From Anaerolineae bacterium (GTDB lineage Bacteria; Chloroflexota; Anaerolineae; Aggregatilineales; Phototrophicaceae), in NCBI GenBank assembly GCA_034437055.1, contig DAOTUQ010000057.1:23940-87939 (forward strand): a stretch of 64,000 bases of DNA. The letters run 5' to 3'. This document shows positions 61,182 through 64,000 of the stretch, piece by piece. The position numbers were made by a program, and so were the translations under genes. Under the pieces are notes generated by a model, which searched no databases, was not told the origin of the DNA, and saw nothing but the letters and a program-made list of their open reading frames with translations. Numbering within the stretch: the first letter of the stretch is position 1; every line of letters begins with the position of its first letter.

Positions 61182-62414
61182 ATGATTAATCAGCTCCCCC
61201 CCGAAGCCGCCGCCCGCTTGCACGCCGCCATTGACGCCCATTTAGGCGACACCTTTCCCGCGCTGACAATCTACGCGCTTCGTGACGGACAGCCGATCCT
61301 TGATGGCGCGTGGGGGTGGATTGACCCCGATACGCGCCAAATTCCCGTCACAACCGATACGCGCTTCGATTTGGCGTCGTTGACCAAGTTGTTCACCACG
61401 TCGGCGTTCTTGACGTTCGTCAGCGACAACCGGATCGGGTTGCGCGCACCGCTGGTCGAAGTCGTGTCGCAGTTCGGCGGCGATCCGCTGCCCATCGACG
61501 GTGGGCAAGACCCGTTCACCAAGGAAATGCTCCCCGCGCCGTCCACGCCCGAAACGGTCGATCCGCGCCGCGTCACTTTTTGGCATTTGCTCACGCACAC
61601 CAGCGGACTCGCGCCGTGGCGCGCCGTCTATCGCGTGGTTGGCGCGCCACCGCCGCCCATCGGAGGACGGGACACCATCAGCCGCGAACTCCGCTGGGCG
61701 AACGCCATCCGCGCGCTGTGCGGCTATCCATTCGTTGGGCAGCCCGCCGGAGTCAACGGGCAGTCCGGCGTCGTGCGCTACAGCGACTTGGGGCTGATGC
61801 TGTTGGGCGAAGCGACGGCGCGCTTGCACGGCGACTCGCTGGATCGCGCCATCGAGACGCACGTGACCCGCCCGCTTGGACTGACATCGATCATGTACAA
61901 TCCCGCGCGCAACGGCGTGCCGCTCACGGAGATCGCACCGACGGAACTGGACGATGATTGGCGCAGACGGCGCGCGTGGGGCGAAGTCCACGACGAAAAT
62001 GCGTGCGGTGTCGGCGGTGTGTCGGGACATGCGGGCTTGTTCGGGACGGCGCGCGATATCGCCGCGTTCGGTCAGGCGTGGGCGAGCGCCGATCCGCGCT
62101 TGGCGATTGCGCCGGATGTGCGCGCGGATGCGCTGCGCGAACATGCGCAGACCGACGACGCACGGCGTGGCTTGGGCTGGGCGTTGAAATCGGCGCAAGA
62201 TTCGATGGCGGGCGATTTTTTCAGCGCCGAGTCGATTGGACATTCTGGCTTCACCGGGACAAGCCTGTGGATCGACCCGGCGCAGCGACTGGTGGTCGCC
62301 ATCATGACCAACCGCGTCTATCCGGGACGTTTCTATCCCGGCGACGGCGTGCCGGACATTCACAACTTCCGGCGCGCGGTGCATGATGCCATTGCGTCCG
62401 CGCTCCCGCGCTGA
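61182..62414 (+). CDS. Serine hydrolase (class C beta-lactamase / esterase family)
   Basis: SxxK motif FDLASLTKLFT and a late HSGFTGTSLW motif. Confidence 0.85.
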   Translation: MINQLPPEAAARLHAAIDAHLGDTFPALTIYALRDGQPILDGAWGWIDPDTRQIPVTTDTRFDLASLTKLFTTSAFLTFVSDNRIGLRAPLVEVVSQFGGDPLPIDGGQDPFTKEMLPAPSTPETVDPRRVTFWHLLTHTSGLAPWRAVYRVVGAPPPPIGGRDTISRELRWANAIRALCGYPFVGQPAGVNGQSGVVRYSDLGLMLLGEATARLHGDSLDRAIETHVTRPLGLTSIMYNPARNGVPLTEIAPTELDDDWRRRRAWGEVHDENACGVGGVSGHAGLFGTARDIAAFGQAWASADPRLAIAPDVRADALREHAQTDDARRGLGWALKSAQDSMAGDFFSAESIGHSGFTGTSLWIDPAQRLVVAIMTNRVYPGRFYPGDGVPDIHNFRRAVHDAIASALPR

Positions 62415-62451
62415 TCGGAAGCCGAAAAAAGAATTTCAACGCAAATACAAC

Positions 62452-62592
62452 CGCACCCCCCGATCCCCTTCCCATTTGGTGGCTGAGGGGTGAGGTGAAT
62501 CAGGGAGAAAACCAAACATGTCCTCCCCTCAGCTCTGGTACGGAGAGGCGTCGGGGGGTGAGGTCAATCAGGGAGCAACTCAAACCTGTCCT
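62452..62592. repeat. Palindromic repeat family copy R4 with a tandemly duplicated module
   Basis: GGTGAGGTGAATCAGGGAGAAAACCAAACATGTCC (62483-62519) and GGTGAGGTCAATCAGGGAGCAACTCAAACCTGTCC (62557-62593) are separated by TCCCCTCAGCTCTGGTACGGAGAGG. They are homologous to 25243-25275. Confidence 0.85.
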
Positions 62593-63301
62593 ACCGTCCG
62601 CGCAAGCCGAACAAGCCCGCGCGCCCTGCAATCTGAGCCACCGCGCGCCGCCAACTGGTGGCTTCGCGTTCATCGGGCGCAACGCCGAAGCGCGGGTCTT
62701 GCTTCGCCATGAACATATTGATATCTGCGCGCAAGTTCGCCCACACGCGCCGCTGGGTGGACAAAATGATTCGGGCGGTGTCGGCGTCGGCACGGCGTAA
62801 AATGCGCGTCATGTGCGGCAGACAGAAGGCGTCCGATGCGGTGTAGGCGTCCCGGAACACCGCTTCATCCAACGATTCTAGCACGACGCCGATGTAATCC
62901 GCCTCTTTCACGCTCAACGAGGCGCAGCATACACACGGCGCGCTCGGTTCGAGGGCATCCGCCGCCGCTTTCCCCGATGCACCCCTGCCGCCCAACAACT
63001 TACGCCGCCCGCCTTCGTTCGTCTCGGACAACCCGTCCAAGACGCCGAGCGCCTCCATCAGCACGCCTTCGTAGAGCGCGGCAATCGTCGTTGCGCCCAT
63101 CTGGAACGCCACCAACTGCGCACCATGCAGGCTGCACAGCCCGCGCGACGAGCGAAACGCGCCATGAATATCGTAATCCATCGCGTATTCGTACAGCAGC
63201 AGGTCGAGATAACGATGCGCGTCCGCTTCCAACAGGCGGCACAGCGCGCAGCCGTCCATCGGGAACGCTTCGAGCAAATCGTGATAGCTGAACGGCTTCA
63301 T
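62591..63301 (-). CDS. Cys-rich hypothetical protein (resembles what I recall as DUF6062)
   Basis: GCALCRLL, GLCSLHG and APCVCCASL. ATGA overlap with the upstream aminotransferase. Confidence 0.6.
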   Translation of the reverse strand: MKPFSYHDLLEAFPMDGCALCRLLEADAHRYLDLLLYEYAMDYDIHGAFRSSRGLCSLHGAQLVAFQMGATTIAALYEGVLMEALGVLDGLSETNEGGRRKLLGGRGASGKAAADALEPSAPCVCCASLSVKEADYIGVVLESLDEAVFRDAYTASDAFCLPHMTRILRRADADTARIILSTQRRVWANLRADINMFMAKQDPRFGVAPDEREATSWRRAVAQIAGRAGLFGLRGR

Positions 63302-64000
63302 GATCCGACGGGGACGAACGCCCGCAGCGCGGACAACAGCGCATCGATATCGCCCATCTGGATCGCGCCGCCCATGTGTCCGACGCGGAAAACGCGCGTG
63401 CGGAACGTGTCGAAGGCGGTGGTGATCAGGATATCGGCGTCGCGCAGCAGCGTGTCGCGCAGTTCCAGCGCGTTCACGCCCGGCGGCGCGAACACGGACG
63501 TGAGGATCGCGGACATCCAGCCCTCTGGCACGAACAATTCATAGCCCATATCCGCCAAGCCATCGCGCAAATGCCGCGCTTGTCGTTCGTAGCGCGCCAT
63601 GCGTTCATCGATGCCCTCCGCGAACAGACGGCACAGCGCGGTGTGCAGCGCCAAGACCGTCGGCGTCGGCATCGTGACGGGCGTCGGATGCCACGCGGCT
63701 TGTTCGCCCGTCGCATAGTGATGCCAACGCGCGAGATCGACGTACCAACTGTGCCGCGCTTCCGGCGGGCGCGCCTCCATGCGGGCTTGCGCGCGCGGAC
63801 TGACGGCGACCAACCCCAAGCCGGGCGGCGCGCCGAGTGCCTTCTGCGAGGCGCTGGCGCACAGGTCGATGCCCCATGCGTCCATCTGCAAGTCCGCGCC
63901 GCCCAAGCTGGTCACAGCGTCCACCAGCAGCAAGATATCGTTATTTTTCGCGCGCACGATCTCGGCTATCGCGTGAATCGGGTTCAGGATACCCGTCGAT
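63298..64000 (-). CDS. Class V aminotransferase (alanine-glyoxylate/serine-pyruvate type), C-terminal part; continues past the window end
   Basis: LLVDAVTSLGG and the PLP-lysine motif SASQKALGAPPGLG. The ORF is open at 64000. Confidence 0.8.
   Translation of the reverse strand, partial: STGILNPIHAIAEIVRAKNNDILLLVDAVTSLGGADLQMDAWGIDLCASASQKALGAPPGLGLVAVSPRAQARMEARPPEARHSWYVDLARWHHYATGEQAAWHPTPVTMPTPTVLALHTALCRLFAEGIDERMARYERQARHLRDGLADMGYELFVPEGWMSAILTSVFAPPGVNALELRDTLLRDADILITTAFDTFRTRVFRVGHMGGAIQMGDIDALLSALRAFVPVGS

Overview
This is a GC-rich bacterial chromosomal segment. Gene content and repeat style suggest a Chloroflexota-like organism, but I cannot verify that here. I ran no searches, so every family name comes from motifs read in the supplied translations. 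I support about 60 protein genes, one tRNA-Ser(CGA), several hairpin terminators and several non-coding repeat families.

Layout:
- 1-2.9 kb: MacB-type ABC genes, and trxB preceded by a ZAS-motif mini-protein.
- 3.3-5.0 kb: an orphan RHS C-terminal toxin/immunity cassette. It has a sharp low-GC island and a displaced older C-terminus.
- 5.0-6.6 kb: maf and a MaoC hot-dog gene.
- 6.6-13.6 kb: two tandem paralogous Ser/Thr-kinase/P-loop NTPase/TPR giants, one apparently frameshift-split, followed by a Uma2 nuclease gene.
- 14.3-22.3 kb: nucleoside/sugar-type ABC genes with no binding-protein gene.
- 22.6-36 kb: housekeeping genes (fcl, rsmH, tadA, beta-CASP RNase, rnd, corA), more Uma2 copies, padR and the tRNA.
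- 36.4-40 kb: a Rieske / b6-type cytochrome b / dihaem cytochrome c operon.
- 43-53.6 kb: an atypical System I cytochrome c maturation supercluster in the order ccmE-F-H, ADP-ribosylglycohydrolase, ccmG, small membrane protein, dihaem lipoprotein, ccmA-B-C, secreted protein.
- 53.7-64 kb: META-domain protein, USP, PucC/BCD-type MFS, secreted dioxygenase, a cNMP-sensor/PH-domain membrane protein, Uma2, serine hydrolase, a Cys-rich protein and an aminotransferase.

No single textbook defence or mobile system is evident: I saw no CRISPR array, integrase, transposase or reverse transcriptase.

The most unusual signals:
- Palindromic repeat elements sit inside reading frames. One is an in-frame insertion in maf. 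Others encode the signal peptides of CcmH and of a cytochrome c lipoprotein.
- Hairpin elements with terminal inverted repeats lie between cistrons.
- A TTGTGA-N6-TCACAA palindrome recurs at three respiratory or stress promoters.
- CcmE has Cys where the haem-binding His normally sits.
- Cytochrome b carries a C-terminal domain of about 210 aa.
- The RHS cassette shows clear recombination scars.
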